Sequence record: OQ921725.1
Direction: 5' to 3' (one strand)
DNA length: 64,000 nt
Translations under genes and position numbers: made by a program
In this document: piece by piece, positions 44,063 to 52,928 of the stretch
Layout of the letters: every line of letters begins with the position of its first letter
Numbering within the stretch: position 1 is the first letter of the stretch
The notes under the pieces: model-generated
What the model saw: the letters and a program-made list of their open reading frames with translations, nothing else
Database searches by the model: none
What the model was told of the DNA's origin: nothing

Positions 44063-44431
44063 TCAGTGCCTGACGGCCTCGGTCCAGCTCTCCCGGGTGC
44101 GGATCAGCGTCCCCTCCCGGTCGAACTGAAGAATGTCCACTTGGTTCTCGTTGAGGAACTTCCCGTCCAGGGAGTCCCGTACGGCGGTCGCCTTCCCGGC
44201 GACGATCTCCTCGCCGTCCTTCATGCGGATGGCCTCAACGAGGTACCGCATGGGGTAGTTCTCGGCAGCACCCGGAACCCCGCACATCCAGGTCCAGTGC
44301 AGCAGCGCCGCATGTGCGGCCCATGTCCCACTGGCCCCGTACCGGAAGGTGATCAGCCCTTCCAGGGTCTGTGACCACGCCTCCCCGTGCCTCCGGGTGA
44401 ACCGCACCCGCCAGACGTCCTGTTCGTGCAT
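44063..44431 (-). CDS. hypothetical protein
   Basis: GGAAGGGAGAG RBS. Confidence 0.7.
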   Translation of the reverse strand: MHEQDVWRVRFTRRHGEAWSQTLEGLITFRYGASGTWAAHAALLHWTWMCGVPGAAENYPMRYLVEAIRMKDGEEIVAGKATAVRDSLDGKFLNENQVDILQFDREGTLIRTRESWTEAVRH

Positions 44432-44491
44432 GTCTCTCCCTTCCGGGGGGCGACCGGTCTCCCGGCCGCCCCGAGCGGCGCCGTCGGCCCG

Positions 44492-44617
44492 CTACTTCTT
44501 GTCGGCGTCCATCTTCTGCGCGTTCTCCGGGGTGACCGCGATGGCCTCCGGCGGCGGCTGGTCGGCCGGGACCGGAACGTTGATCATGTCCGGCACCTCG
44601 GGCTTCTCCTGCGTCAT
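44492..44617 (-). CDS. 41-aa Pro-rich peptide (not in ORF track)
   Basis: GGAAGAGGGAGAAG RBS; MTQEKPEVPDMINVPVPADQPPP... Confidence 0.6.
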   Translation of the reverse strand: MTQEKPEVPDMINVPVPADQPPPEAIAVTPENAQKMDADKK

Positions 44618-44678
44618 GCTCTTCTCCCTCTTCCGAGTGCAGTTCTCTGTCATCGGGATCGTGCTGTCGCTCGGCAGG

Positions 44679-44747
44679 TCAGCCGTTCAGCCTCCGCAGG
44701 ATCTCGTCGGCCTCGCGGCCCGCCTTCTCCCACTCGTCCTCGCTCAT
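44679..44747 (-). CDS. 22-aa peptide MSEDEWEKAGREADEILRRLNG (not in ORF track)
   Basis: GGAAGGGAGG RBS. Confidence 0.5.
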   Translation of the reverse strand: MSEDEWEKAGREADEILRRLNG

Positions 44748-44780
44748 CACGATCACCTCCCTTCCGCTCACACCGCCCAC

Positions 44781-44833
44781 GAGCGGCGCTCTCGGGCCCC
44801 CGGCCGAAGCCGGTTGCCCTGGGGCGCATCCCG
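44781..44833 (-). repeat. family-2 intergenic hairpin (variant)
   Basis: GAGCGGCGCTCTCGGG..hairpin..CCCTGGGGCGCATCCCG. Confidence 0.65.
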
Positions 44834-45181
44834 TCAGGCCGGAGCGGAACCGCTGCGGATCAGGCTGGACACGAAGTCCAGCAGCTCGGCCGCGTCGGTC
44901 GGCAGCTCACCGCCCGGGGCCAGCTTCTTCAGCAGCTCGACCGCCAGGTGCTCGGCCTGGTCCCGGCGCAGGGCGGTCACCGGGGCCGTGGTCCCGTAGT
45001 AGCCGGGGTACGGGAACGCGAAGTCCCCACTCCGGCACAGGCCGCCGATGATGATGTCGAAGCTGTGTCCCTGCATGCTCCGCTCGTTGCGCTGCCGGAC
45101 GTGCCGCTCCGCCGCGTTCAGGTACTCCTCCGGCGTGGCCACCCACGCACGTCCCTCTTTCAGGCCCTCACTCGTCAGCAT
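44834..45181 (-). CDS. hypothetical protein
   Basis: GGAGAGGGAGAAG RBS before ATG 45181. Confidence 0.7.
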   Translation of the reverse strand: MLTSEGLKEGRAWVATPEEYLNAAERHVRQRNERSMQGHSFDIIIGGLCRSGDFAFPYPGYYGTTAPVTALRRDQAEHLAVELLKKLAPGGELPTDAAELLDFVSSLIRSGSAPA

Positions 45182-45207
45182 CTTCTCCCTCTCCGTCCCA
45201 CTCGATC

Positions 45208-45260
45208 GAGCGGCACTCCCGGGTGACCGGCCGGAGCCGGTCACCCTAGGGCGCATCCCG
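45208..45260 (-). repeat. family-2 intergenic hairpin
   Basis: GAGCGGCACTCCC-GGGTGACCGGC-CGGA-GCCGGTCACCC-TAGGGCGCATCCCG. Confidence 0.75.
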
Positions 45261-45261
45261 T

Positions 45262-45585
45262 TCAGAGGTTCGCACCGCACAGGTGGCACGCCTTGCCGTC
45301 ACCGTGCGCACCCCGGCCGTGGCCGATCCCGAACCGGCTGACCGTCTTCTTCAGCCGTTCCTCCTTCACGCCGACCAGCGGGTTGTTCCCGACGCTGTAC
45401 AGCGTGTACGCCACCAGGGCCGGGCCGCCGTCCTCGATCACGGCGTCGTACCCCCGCACGTAGCCGCTCAGGAACGGCAGGCGCAGGGCCGACGGAGATC
45501 CGGGGTCGATGTCGATCGTGACGTGGTCGCCGTCCTGGTAGGCCAGCTCCGTACCGTCCGGCAGAGTCCAGTTGTTGCCGCTCAC
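45262..45585 (-). CDS. hypothetical protein
   Basis: GGAGGAGG RBS; C-terminal CHLC. Confidence 0.7.
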   Translation of the reverse strand: MSGNNWTLPDGTELAYQDGDHVTIDIDPGSPSALRLPFLSGYVRGYDAVIEDGGPALVAYTLYSVGNNPLVGVKEERLKKTVSRFGIGHGRGAHGDGKACHLCGANL

Positions 45586-45890
45586 AGGGGGTCCTCCTCC
45601 ACCGAAAGGCTGGTACCGAAGCTGATCGTGCACTCGTACGTGCCGGGGTCGCTCCAGTTCCCGGACTGCTCGAACTGGAGCACCAGGCCCGGCGCGTTCA
45701 CCTCCTGACACAGGGCCTTCGCGTCGGCCATCGCCAGGGCACGGGCGCGAACGGTCACGTACGTCCCCTCGTTCGGGCCGGTCACCTTGATGTCGAAGCC
45801 GAACCAGTACGGTCCGACGTGACCCGGCGGCCTGCCCCGCAGGACCCGGGTCACCGTGAGCGGGGCGATCTCCCGCGTTTCCCGCTTCAC
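45582..45890 (-). CDS. hypothetical protein
   Basis: GTG 45890 coupled. Confidence 0.65.
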   Translation of the reverse strand: MKRETREIAPLTVTRVLRGRPPGHVGPYWFGFDIKVTGPNEGTYVTVRARALAMADAKALCQEVNAPGLVLQFEQSGNWSDPGTYECTISFGTSLSVEEDPL

Positions 45891-46477
45891 GCCTTGGCCT
45901 CCTCGGCGTACGGCTCGAACGCCTCGCGGGCCATCTCCTCGGCCGACTCCCGGCCGATGTAGCCCCAGCACGAGTCGACGTGCTCCCACTCGCGGGTCTC
46001 GTCGTCCAGCTCCGGGTCGTCGCGGTCCTCGGCATCCCGGGGGATGCGGGTCACGTCCTTCTCGACGATGTGCCCGTACACCTCACCCTCGGCCCACTGC
46101 TGGTACTCGTTCTGCTCCACCTCGATGAGCTGGGCGGCCGACAGTGCCGTCTCGGCCAGCTTGTCGGGCATCACGTACCACAGCGACCAGGCGCCGTTGT
46201 GCGGCCGGTGCTCGACGACGGTGGCACCGTGGAAGATCCGGGCCCACCGGGTGAAGACCGGGACCGCGTCCACGTACCGGTCCTCGATCCGCTCCCAGCC
46301 CTCGGCCAGCGGGCCGCCGTCCTTGTCGACGTCGATGTACCGCTGACCCTTCGGCGTGATCACGTTCGTCAGGTTGCAGTCCTGCTCGGTACGCGGGTTG
46401 CAGTCCTGCGAGTCCTGCTGAACAACCAGGCGCACCCGGTACCGGCCCGCCGTCTCCAGCACGTCCATCTCGGTCAT
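45887..46477 (-). CDS. conserved acidic hypothetical protein
   Basis: Y..W..GEVYG.I.E......DSCWGY.G motif recurrent in mobile elements. Confidence 0.75.
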   Translation of the reverse strand: MTEMDVLETAGRYRVRLVVQQDSQDCNPRTEQDCNLTNVITPKGQRYIDVDKDGGPLAEGWERIEDRYVDAVPVFTRWARIFHGATVVEHRPHNGAWSLWYVMPDKLAETALSAAQLIEVEQNEYQQWAEGEVYGHIVEKDVTRIPRDAEDRDDPELDDETREWEHVDSCWGYIGRESAEEMAREAFEPYAEEAKA

Positions 46478-46512
46478 CCCGTTCTCCTTCTCCGTTCCGG
46501 CATCGCCCGATC

Positions 46513-46564
46513 AGCGACACTCCCGGGTTCCCGGCGCTCGGCCGGGAACCCTAGGGCGTCTCCG
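46513..46564 (-). repeat. family-2 intergenic hairpin
   Basis: AGCGACACTCCC-GGGTTCCCGG..CCGGGAACCC-TAGGGCGTCTCCG. Confidence 0.75.
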
Positions 46565-46565
46565 C

Positions 46566-47123
46566 TCAGTTGAAGGGCGTCAGCTCCAGTCGCCCGTTCT
46601 CCACGACCAGGGGGCGCATCGGCTCCCGGTCGGCCTCGGGGTTGTGCCCCCGGTCCTCGCACTCGCAGCCCTCGCCGTGCGCGAGGAAGTCGCCGCACCC
46701 GTAGCACCAGATGCAGGACGACGGGTCGTCCAGCGGCTTGACTGTGATCCGGACCGGCTCACCCTCGACCTCGACCACGAACCGGTCCCCGGCGAACACC
46801 TCGTCCCGGAGGATGCCGAGACCGAGGTTCAGGATGCGCTCCCGGCACTCGTCGAACCCGCAGCACTCGTACAGCGTGTGCGTGGAGCCGTTCGAGTAGA
46901 TCTCGATCTGCACCTCTTCGCCGTTCTCGGTCTGCCGGGTCAGCTTCACGCCGTCCCGCCCGACCGGCACGGCGTCGTGCGGGTGCCGTCCCCGGCTCCC
47001 GTCCGGGTGCACGTGGACGACCTCGCCGCCCATGTCGTGCTCGACCGTGGCCAGTTCACCGTCCCCGATCTCGACCCGGTCACCCCGGTCGAACATCTGG
47101 ATTCCGCGCAGCACCTGAGCCAT
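46566..47123 (-). CDS. hypothetical protein with SH3-like start and Cys motifs
   Basis: FDRGDRVEI....ATV; CC..C; CIWC..C...H..C.C. Confidence 0.75.
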   Translation of the reverse strand: MAQVLRGIQMFDRGDRVEIGDGELATVEHDMGGEVVHVHPDGSRGRHPHDAVPVGRDGVKLTRQTENGEEVQIEIYSNGSTHTLYECCGFDECRERILNLGLGILRDEVFAGDRFVVEVEGEPVRITVKPLDDPSSCIWCYGCGDFLAHGEGCECEDRGHNPEADREPMRPLVVENGRLELTPFN

Positions 47124-47124
47124 G

Positions 47125-47577
47125 TCACTTCTCCTCTTCCGTCACGTCCCACGTGAGTAGGAACGTTGCGAACCGGGGGTTATCCGGTCCCTCGTACCGA
47201 GCGTTCTCCTTGTTCGCCCATCCGGTGCGCTCCACGGCGGCCGGTGCGTCCCGGAAGGACCACACCCCGTCGTACTCGCTCCCGCCCACGTCGTTGACCG
47301 TGGGCTTGGTCCAGATGGTGTACTCCGTGGCCGAACTGCACACGAAGGCGTAGGCCCCGGCGTCCGGGGCCCCGGTGCTCTCGTCGGCGGGGCGGATCTG
47401 CCGGGTGACCCGGTACAGCGTGTCCCCGGCGCGCTTGTCGCCCGCCACGGCCGCCTCCCGGCTCTCGTACACGAACGGGCCGATCATGTCGCCGTCCCGC
47501 CCCTGTGACAGGTGGACCAGACCCCAGGCCATCCCGGGGTTCGGGGCCCACGTGTACCGGATCAGTTCCCCTTGCAT
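47125..47577 (-). CDS. hypothetical protein
   Basis: ORF, RBS. Confidence 0.7.
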   Translation of the reverse strand: MQGELIRYTWAPNPGMAWGLVHLSQGRDGDMIGPFVYESREAAVAGDKRAGDTLYRVTRQIRPADESTGAPDAGAYAFVCSSATEYTIWTKPTVNDVGGSEYDGVWSFRDAPAAVERTGWANKENARYEGPDNPRFATFLLTWDVTEEEK

Positions 47578-47590
47578 CCCGCCGCTCCCG

Positions 47591-47941
47591 TCAGTAGCTG
47601 TAGCCCTCGATGGTGGCCCGCTCGTACGCGCCGCCGTCCGACCTGGTCCACGAGGACAGCTCGTCGGCGACGTACTCCGAGGCGTCGTTGAAGTTCTTCG
47701 GGAACCCCTCGCCGTCCAGGTCGCCGTTCGTGCTGATCACCGCGACGCTGCCGTTGTTGCCGCTCTCGTCGGTGAAGTCCCGGCCCTTCTCGGCCGCCGC
47801 CTTGATCTCGTCGGCGTGCTCGTCCCAGAAGTCGCGCCGGATGACCTCGATGTACTCCGTGTCGACGGTCCACACGGCCGCCCACGACTCCGTCAGGGCA
47901 ACGCCGATCTCGTTCTCACCGTCGGTGACGTACGTCCCCAT
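47591..47941 (-). CDS. highly acidic small protein
   Basis: About 26 D/E versus 8 K/R in 116 aa; GGAGAGGGAGAAG RBS. Confidence 0.75.
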   Translation of the reverse strand: MGTYVTDGENEIGVALTESWAAVWTVDTEYIEVIRRDFWDEHADEIKAAAEKGRDFTDESGNNGSVAVISTNGDLDGEGFPKNFNDASEYVADELSSWTRSDGGAYERATIEGYSY

Positions 47942-47987
47942 GCTCTTCTCCCTCTCCGATTCAACTCACCGTCCGACACGGCACGTC

Positions 47988-48043
47988 AGCGGCCGATCCC
48001 GGAGGACCGGCCGCTCCCGAACCCGTCGGCCTAGGCCAGACTA
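47988..48043 (-). promoter_or_regulatory. -10 TAGTCT plus operator plus family-1-like hairpin
   Basis: CGGCCTAGGCCA 48027-48038 abuts AGACTA; hairpin ends in CTCCCGAAC. Confidence 0.7.
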
Positions 48044-48074
48044 GCGGCACCGTGCACGGGCCGCCACCCGGACA

Positions 48075-48347
48075 TCAGTTCCGTCCGGACTCGTACCACC
48101 CGAGCACCGTACGACTGCCGTCGTCCTGCTCGGTCTGACTCCACACGATCGACACGGCGCCGATCTCCCGGCCGCTCGAACCGTCGGGGAGCTGCGCCCG
48201 CAGCGGACCGCCGCGCACGGTCATCCCGGCGCTCACGCACGGGGCCAGCTCCGAGGCGATGCGGATCTGCGTGATCGGCTCCGCCCGCACCTCCCACTCC
48301 TCGTTCAGCTTGTCGTACGACGTCGCCGGGTATCGCCCTGTGGTCAT
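48075..48347 (-). CDS. hypothetical protein
   Basis: ATG 48347 coupled. Confidence 0.65.
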   Translation of the reverse strand: MTTGRYPATSYDKLNEEWEVRAEPITQIRIASELAPCVSAGMTVRGGPLRAQLPDGSSGREIGAVSIVWSQTEQDDGSRTVLGWYESGRN

Positions 48348-48673
48348 CGGCCCCTCTTCTCGTTCAGCCATGCGGCGGGCGGCTGGAAGGTGTACGTGCG
48401 GCTGACGTACCGCACGCCCGCCGTGGTGCGGCTCGTCGTCCCGGTCGGCACGGTGTACCGCCGGGCGGTGAGCCCGTCGATCTCCATGCCGTCCCAGTTC
48501 AGGCGCATGGTCGGGAAGCTGCGCCCCTGACTGGACCACGGGCGCTTCGGCCGCAGGACCAGGCCGTCGGCGTCGATCTTCTCGATCTTGACGATGTCCC
48601 GGCTCTCCGAAGAGTGCATGTGGTCGGTGATGACCACGTTCCAGTCCTCGGCGACGTCCTCGGGCAGGTTCAC
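48344..48673 (-). CDS. hypothetical protein
   Basis: GTG 48673 coupled. Confidence 0.65.
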   Translation of the reverse strand: MNLPEDVAEDWNVVITDHMHSSESRDIVKIEKIDADGLVLRPKRPWSSQGRSFPTMRLNWDGMEIDGLTARRYTVPTGTTSRTTAGVRYVSRTYTFQPPAAWLNEKRGR

Positions 48674-49227
48674 GCCTTGTCTCCCTTCAGCACGTCGCGC
48701 TCGGCGACGTGGGCGTACGTGATGGCCGGGGGCTTGGCGTTGAAGTGGCGGAACAGGTGGTCGTTCGACCGGGCGATGTACGCGTTCAGCGCCCGCTGCT
48801 CGTCGAAGGTGTACGTCCCGTTGCCCACCTCGCCGTACGGGTCGATGGTGTAGACCACGTACTCCCGCTTGTGGTCGGTCCACGCCAGGGCCGTGCCGAT
48901 GCGGTGCTCCCCGCTGCCCCCACCGTGGGCGTACTGCACGGCCAGCACGATGGAGCCGACGCCGACGATGTCGCCGCACTTGACCGTGCGGTATCCGCGC
49001 TGCGAGTCGAGCACGGCGATCAGCTCGTCCCGCTCTTCGTCGTTCAGCACCACGTGCTCGGTCTGCGTCCACGACGGGTGGCCCTCGTCGGGCACGGTCG
49101 CCTTGCCGATACGCAGCACGGCGTTCCCGGTGTTCGACTGCTCCACCGAACCGATCACGCTCGGGTTCGGCGCGTACTCCGACGGCCCCAGGGCCAGCCC
49201 CAGGATCCTCTTCAGCTTCTTGATCAC
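48670..49227 (-). CDS. hypothetical protein
   Basis: GGAAGGGA RBS before GTG 49227. Confidence 0.7.
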   Translation of the reverse strand: MIKKLKRILGLALGPSEYAPNPSVIGSVEQSNTGNAVLRIGKATVPDEGHPSWTQTEHVVLNDEERDELIAVLDSQRGYRTVKCGDIVGVGSIVLAVQYAHGGGSGEHRIGTALAWTDHKREYVVYTIDPYGEVGNGTYTFDEQRALNAYIARSNDHLFRHFNAKPPAITYAHVAERDVLKGDKA

Positions 49228-49314
49228 GTCTTCGTCCCTTCCGTCCGTCACGTCCCACCGTGGGACACAGGCGCGCACGAGCCCCCTCCCGTGCGCCCCT
49301 GAATCACGCGGTGA

Positions 49315-49554
49315 TCAGCCCTCCGGGATCTCGATCCCGTGCTCCGTCAGCAGCGCCTCAAGGGTGGCGATCCGCGTGCGCGCGTTGCGCTCCCGGCGCC
49401 CGGCGTTGTCCCGGGCGTACGACTCGGCCACCAGCACGGCCACCTCGGGGTCGCAGTCCTCCAGGTCACCGGCCGTCAGGCCGACCTCCCGCTCGTACCC
49501 CGGGTTCTCCTCCCGGTACTTCATGTCCATCATGTCGTCGTAGCTGCCGTGCAC
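49315..49554 (-). CDS. hypothetical acidic protein
   Basis: GGGAGG RBS; GTG 49554. Confidence 0.65.
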   Translation of the reverse strand: MHGSYDDMMDMKYREENPGYEREVGLTAGDLEDCDPEVAVLVAESYARDNAGRRERNARTRIATLEALLTEHGIEIPEG

Positions 49555-49555
49555 G

Positions 49556-49915
49556 TCACGCCTCCCATTCCGAACGGTCCAGCTCCCGCAGCACCCGGAG
49601 CGGATGCGCGCTCTTGTACTCGGTCCCGGAGTAGCCCATCCGGAAGTCGCCCGTCGGCTCGACCTCGAACACCCGGCCGCCCGTCTGCCGGGCGTACTGC
49701 GCCGCGCCGTCCAGGTCCGTGGTGAAGTGGATGAACTGGGACCGCTCACCCTCGTCGCCCCACGGATTCGTCGGCATCCCGGCCCGCAGGTCGCCGCCCC
49801 GGTACCGTCGTCCGCCGCCGTGGTAGAGCGGTCCCGTCACCGTGTACTCCCGGTCGACGTACCCGCCGTTCTCCCCGTACGCCTGGCCCATCCACGTGTA
49901 CGTCTTCGGCGCCAT
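49556..49915 (-). CDS. Arr-like ADP-ribosyltransferase (rifampin ART family fold)
   Basis: LYHG....GDL.AG...N.....FIHFTT.LDGAAQYA....GRVFEVEPTG.F.....YKS.HPLRV..E aligns by eye with the Arr signature. Confidence 0.75.
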   Translation of the reverse strand: MAPKTYTWMGQAYGENGGYVDREYTVTGPLYHGGGRRYRGGDLRAGMPTNPWGDEGERSQFIHFTTDLDGAAQYARQTGGRVFEVEPTGDFRMGYSGTEYKSAHPLRVLRELDRSEWEA

Positions 49916-50172
49916 CACGCACGGCCCGTGTTGAGCACGTCGATCAGGCGCTCGGGGCTGAACTCGCCCTCCCCGTTCTCCGTGAGCCGGTCGAACGCAG
50001 CGGTGATCAGTTCCGGGTCCCGGCCCACCTTGTCGTGATCGATGACCTGGTCGGCGATCCACTGTGCGAGCGGGCCGTGCCGCTCTCCCGAGTCGGTCGG
50101 GCAGAACTCCCACAGTTCGGCCGCTTCCAGCGCACCATCCCACTCGTCCCTGCTGTACCGGACATTGCTCAT
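49915..50172 (-). CDS. hypothetical acidic protein
   Basis: GGAAGGGAGAA RBS; TGATG coupling to the Arr-like gene. Confidence 0.7.
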   Translation of the reverse strand: MSNVRYSRDEWDGALEAAELWEFCPTDSGERHGPLAQWIADQVIDHDKVGRDPELITAAFDRLTENGEGEFSPERLIDVLNTGRA

Positions 50173-50246
50173 CTTCCCGTTCTCCCTTCCGTGGTCCACG
50201 GTGGGGCACCCGGCCTCCCGGATGCCCGCCCGAAGCACGCGGATGG

Positions 50247-50765
50247 TCAGCGGCGGACGCACGACCCGTCGCAGTAGACCGTCTCCCCGATGCCCGCACC
50301 GGAGGTCAGCACGTCGTCCGTGTCGGCGTGACCCTCGCACGGGTTGTGATCGGCGCACCGCCTGACCAGGACGATGTTCCCGGCCGCGTCCGTGTCGACC
50401 TCGCACCCGTTGCCCTCGGCGGAGCACTCCATCCAGTCCCGCATGACGATGTACTCGCCCATGTCGACGTTGAGCACCCAGCCGTCGGGAAGCTGCTCAC
50501 CCAGGTACTCGATCGCCTTGTCGGTGATGCCACCCTGGCCCGTCATGGCCTCCAGCTTGTCCAGCTCGGCGTCCGACGCGCCGGAGTCGGACTCTCCCGA
50601 TGTGCGGTACCACTCGACGACCGCCGCGTCCTCGGCGTCCAGCTCCATCCCGTGGTGCACAGCGGTGTCGACGATGCGGTACGAGTTCGTCCACCCGGCC
50701 GCCCCGTCCAGCCAGCACCCGGCCTCGACCTGGTTGCCGTTCTCCAGTGTGATGATCTCCGTCAT
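50247..50765 (-). CDS. highly acidic protein with Cys-rich C terminus
   Basis: GGAAGAGGAGAAG RBS; ends PCEGH....IGETVYCDGSC. Confidence 0.75.
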   Translation of the reverse strand: MTEIITLENGNQVEAGCWLDGAAGWTNSYRIVDTAVHHGMELDAEDAAVVEWYRTSGESDSGASDAELDKLEAMTGQGGITDKAIEYLGEQLPDGWVLNVDMGEYIVMRDWMECSAEGNGCEVDTDAAGNIVLVRRCADHNPCEGHADTDDVLTSGAGIGETVYCDGSCVRR

Positions 50766-50806
50766 GCCCTTCTCCTCTTCCGTCGTGATCCGTCGTGTAC
50801 CGCTGG

Positions 50807-51214
50807 TCAGTTCCGCGCGTCGCCCTCGGCGGCGTTGATCAGTTCCTGAGCGCGGTCCCCGCCCCGCATCTCCCACTCGTGGTAGTCGATGCGCTCCCGG
50901 GCCGTCGCTCCGTAGCGGGAGTACGCCACCTGCACGGCCAGCAGGAACTCGCCGTCGTCCCCTTCGGGCTCGATGCCCATCAGGTGCAGGTACCGCATCG
51001 CGGCGGCCGTGTAGAACGCGCACGCCTGCCGGGCTCCCTGCGGTCCGTACCACACCCGGTCGTCCCGGGCGTCGGCGTACGACGTCCCGTGCTCCGGGTG
51101 CGAGCCGACCGGCCCCAGCTTGAACATGCCGCCCGTGATCTTCTCGACCCGGGCCGCGACCTCTTCGACGAACGCCCCCGTGAACTTCATTCGCGCAGCT
51201 TCCACCGTTTCCAT
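50807..51214 (-). CDS. hypothetical protein
   Basis: ORF; start uncertain (51205-51232). Confidence 0.7.
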   Translation of the reverse strand: METVEAARMKFTGAFVEEVAARVEKITGGMFKLGPVGSHPEHGTSYADARDDRVWYGPQGARQACAFYTAAAMRYLHLMGIEPEGDDGEFLLAVQVAYSRYGATARERIDYHEWEMRGGDRAQELINAAEGDARN

Positions 51215-51255
51215 CCTTTCCGTCCGGTTCATGACCATTCGACCGATCAGGAACA

Positions 51256-51305
51256 CACTGGAAGACTCGGAACCGGGCCCGAACCCGGCCCCGAATCCTC
51301 CCGAA
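51256..51305 (-). repeat. family-1 intergenic hairpin
   Basis: CACTGGAA...CTCCCGAA. Confidence 0.7.
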
Positions 51306-51314
51306 TGCCTCAGA

Positions 51315-51425
51315 TCACCCGGCCTTGCCGTCTCTGATCTTGCGTAGTCCCGCCCACAGGTACCGCAGGCCCATGCAGGCCAGCCCGCACCCGAAGTACA
51401 GGACGAACACGAGACCGAAGATCAT
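51315..51425 (-). CDS. 36-aa membrane peptide
   Basis: MIFGLVFVLYFGCGLACMGLRYLW; ATGA coupling. Confidence 0.6.
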   Translation of the reverse strand: MIFGLVFVLYFGCGLACMGLRYLWAGLRKIRDGKAG

Positions 51426-51688
51426 GCACCCGCCACCGTGAAGACGTACGTCTCCGGGGTGTCCCGGCTCCACAGCAGCCGCGCGCCGTCCGGCAGCAGC
51501 TTCCCGGCGACGATCTCCGCCGCCTCCCGGCCCTCCGTGAACCGGTCGCCGTCCTTGATCGGGGACGGAAGCCAGATGTGCGCTCCCGTCTGCCTGTCCG
51601 TGGCACCGAGGCCCATCGTCGGCGACCCGTTCGCCGTGTGCTGCTTGCGCCGTACGACGATCTCCCGGGGCCCGTTTCCGCTGCTCAT
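51422..51688 (-). CDS. hypothetical protein
   Basis: AAGGGAGAGG RBS before ATG 51688. Confidence 0.7.
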   Translation of the reverse strand: MSSGNGPREIVVRRKQHTANGSPTMGLGATDRQTGAHIWLPSPIKDGDRFTEGREAAEIVAGKLLPDGARLLWSRDTPETYVFTVAGA

Positions 51689-51714
51689 GCGTCCCTCTCC
51701 CTTGCCTGATCCGA

Positions 51715-52344
51715 TCACGAACAACCACACCGCGCGTACGCGGATACCGCCTTGCCGCACCCCGGGCACTCCTCCCATCCGTCCCGGGTCGGCCGTTGCA
51801 TCTCCATCACCAGGTCAGCGCCCGAATCCGGACACCCGCACCCGGCCGTGGGGTGCTTGACCTGAAAGCAGCTCCCGCATACCGGCCGGGGCGCCACCAC
51901 CAGAGGCGTACGAACCGCCGTGGTCCGGCTCCGTGGCGCCGGAGCCGGAACCGTACCGGACGGCAGGATGCGCAAGCCGTCCTTGACCAGCCGGACCACT
52001 TCGCCGTCGGCCGCCTCCCACGGGAGCCGGACCACGACCCCGCGCTTGCCTCCCGGGTTGACCAGCCACTCCTCATGAGGCGTGTCCAGTGGCCGGGGAA
52101 CCGGCTCCGTAGCCTTGCGCAGGAACACCCGCATGTAGCCGGTCTCGTCCGCGTCCGGCCACTCCCGGACCGGCCGATGCGCTCCGTACCGGGACGGCTC
52201 GTCTCCCAGGAACCAGGTCCGCCCGGCCCCAAGTTGGTTGCGTTCGAGCAGACATCGGCCCGCTTGCTCCCGTGACGGCAGACGCTCGACTTCCAGACCG
52301 GACGTCGGGGTGCGCGCGGTCGGAACGTAGATCGCGTACAGCAC
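51715..52344 (-). CDS. hypothetical protein with C-terminal zinc ribbons
   Basis: CGSC...H...GC.C and CPGC...RC.C. Confidence 0.7.
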   Translation of the reverse strand: MLYAIYVPTARTPTSGLEVERLPSREQAGRCLLERNQLGAGRTWFLGDEPSRYGAHRPVREWPDADETGYMRVFLRKATEPVPRPLDTPHEEWLVNPGGKRGVVVRLPWEAADGEVVRLVKDGLRILPSGTVPAPAPRSRTTAVRTPLVVAPRPVCGSCFQVKHPTAGCGCPDSGADLVMEMQRPTRDGWEECPGCGKAVSAYARCGCS

Positions 52345-52350
52345 TCCCGG

Positions 52351-52842
52351 TCAGCCCTCCTGCGGCTCACGGTGGACCAGGGCCCACCCGTACGCCTGAG
52401 ACTCGGGGTCGTAGTCGGCGTGTTCGCACCGCTCGTGCTCGTTCCACTCCGAGCACGGCATGCCGTCGTCCCCGGCGCCGCACGTGGGCGGGTGCATCTC
52501 GACCGAGACGATCGCCCACAGTCCGGGCGTCTCCCGCATGTGCTCTTCCAGGTCGCTCCCGAAGTGCTGCCGGTTCGACTCGAACACGAACAGCGAACCG
52601 GGGTCACCCCACCCCGTGAGAACCGACCAGCCACCCTCGACCGATTCGATGGCCGCCCGCTCGTGCTCTTCTAGCACGTCCGGCATGTCCCAGTCGCCCG
52701 ACCAGTCGATGTCGATCGACTCCGGCGCGTACTCGGCCAGCGTGGGCGGCGGGTACGCGGCCGTCTCGAACGTCCCGTCGGCCTTGACCAGCACGGGGAG
52801 CGCACTCGGGCCGTGCAGCAATTCGTCCAGCGTCTTGCCCAT
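52351..52842 (-). CDS. highly acidic hypothetical protein
   Basis: GGAAGGGAGA RBS before ATG 52842. Confidence 0.75.
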   Translation of the reverse strand: MGKTLDELLHGPSALPVLVKADGTFETAAYPPPTLAEYAPESIDIDWSGDWDMPDVLEEHERAAIESVEGGWSVLTGWGDPGSLFVFESNRQHFGSDLEEHMRETPGLWAIVSVEMHPPTCGAGDDGMPCSEWNEHERCEHADYDPESQAYGWALVHREPQEG

Positions 52843-52928
52843 GATCAAATCTCCCTTCCGTCCGGACCGTCCGGCACCACGGACCCGCACGGAGTTGCCC
52901 CCGTGCAGGCCCGAAGTACTGCGCTCCC

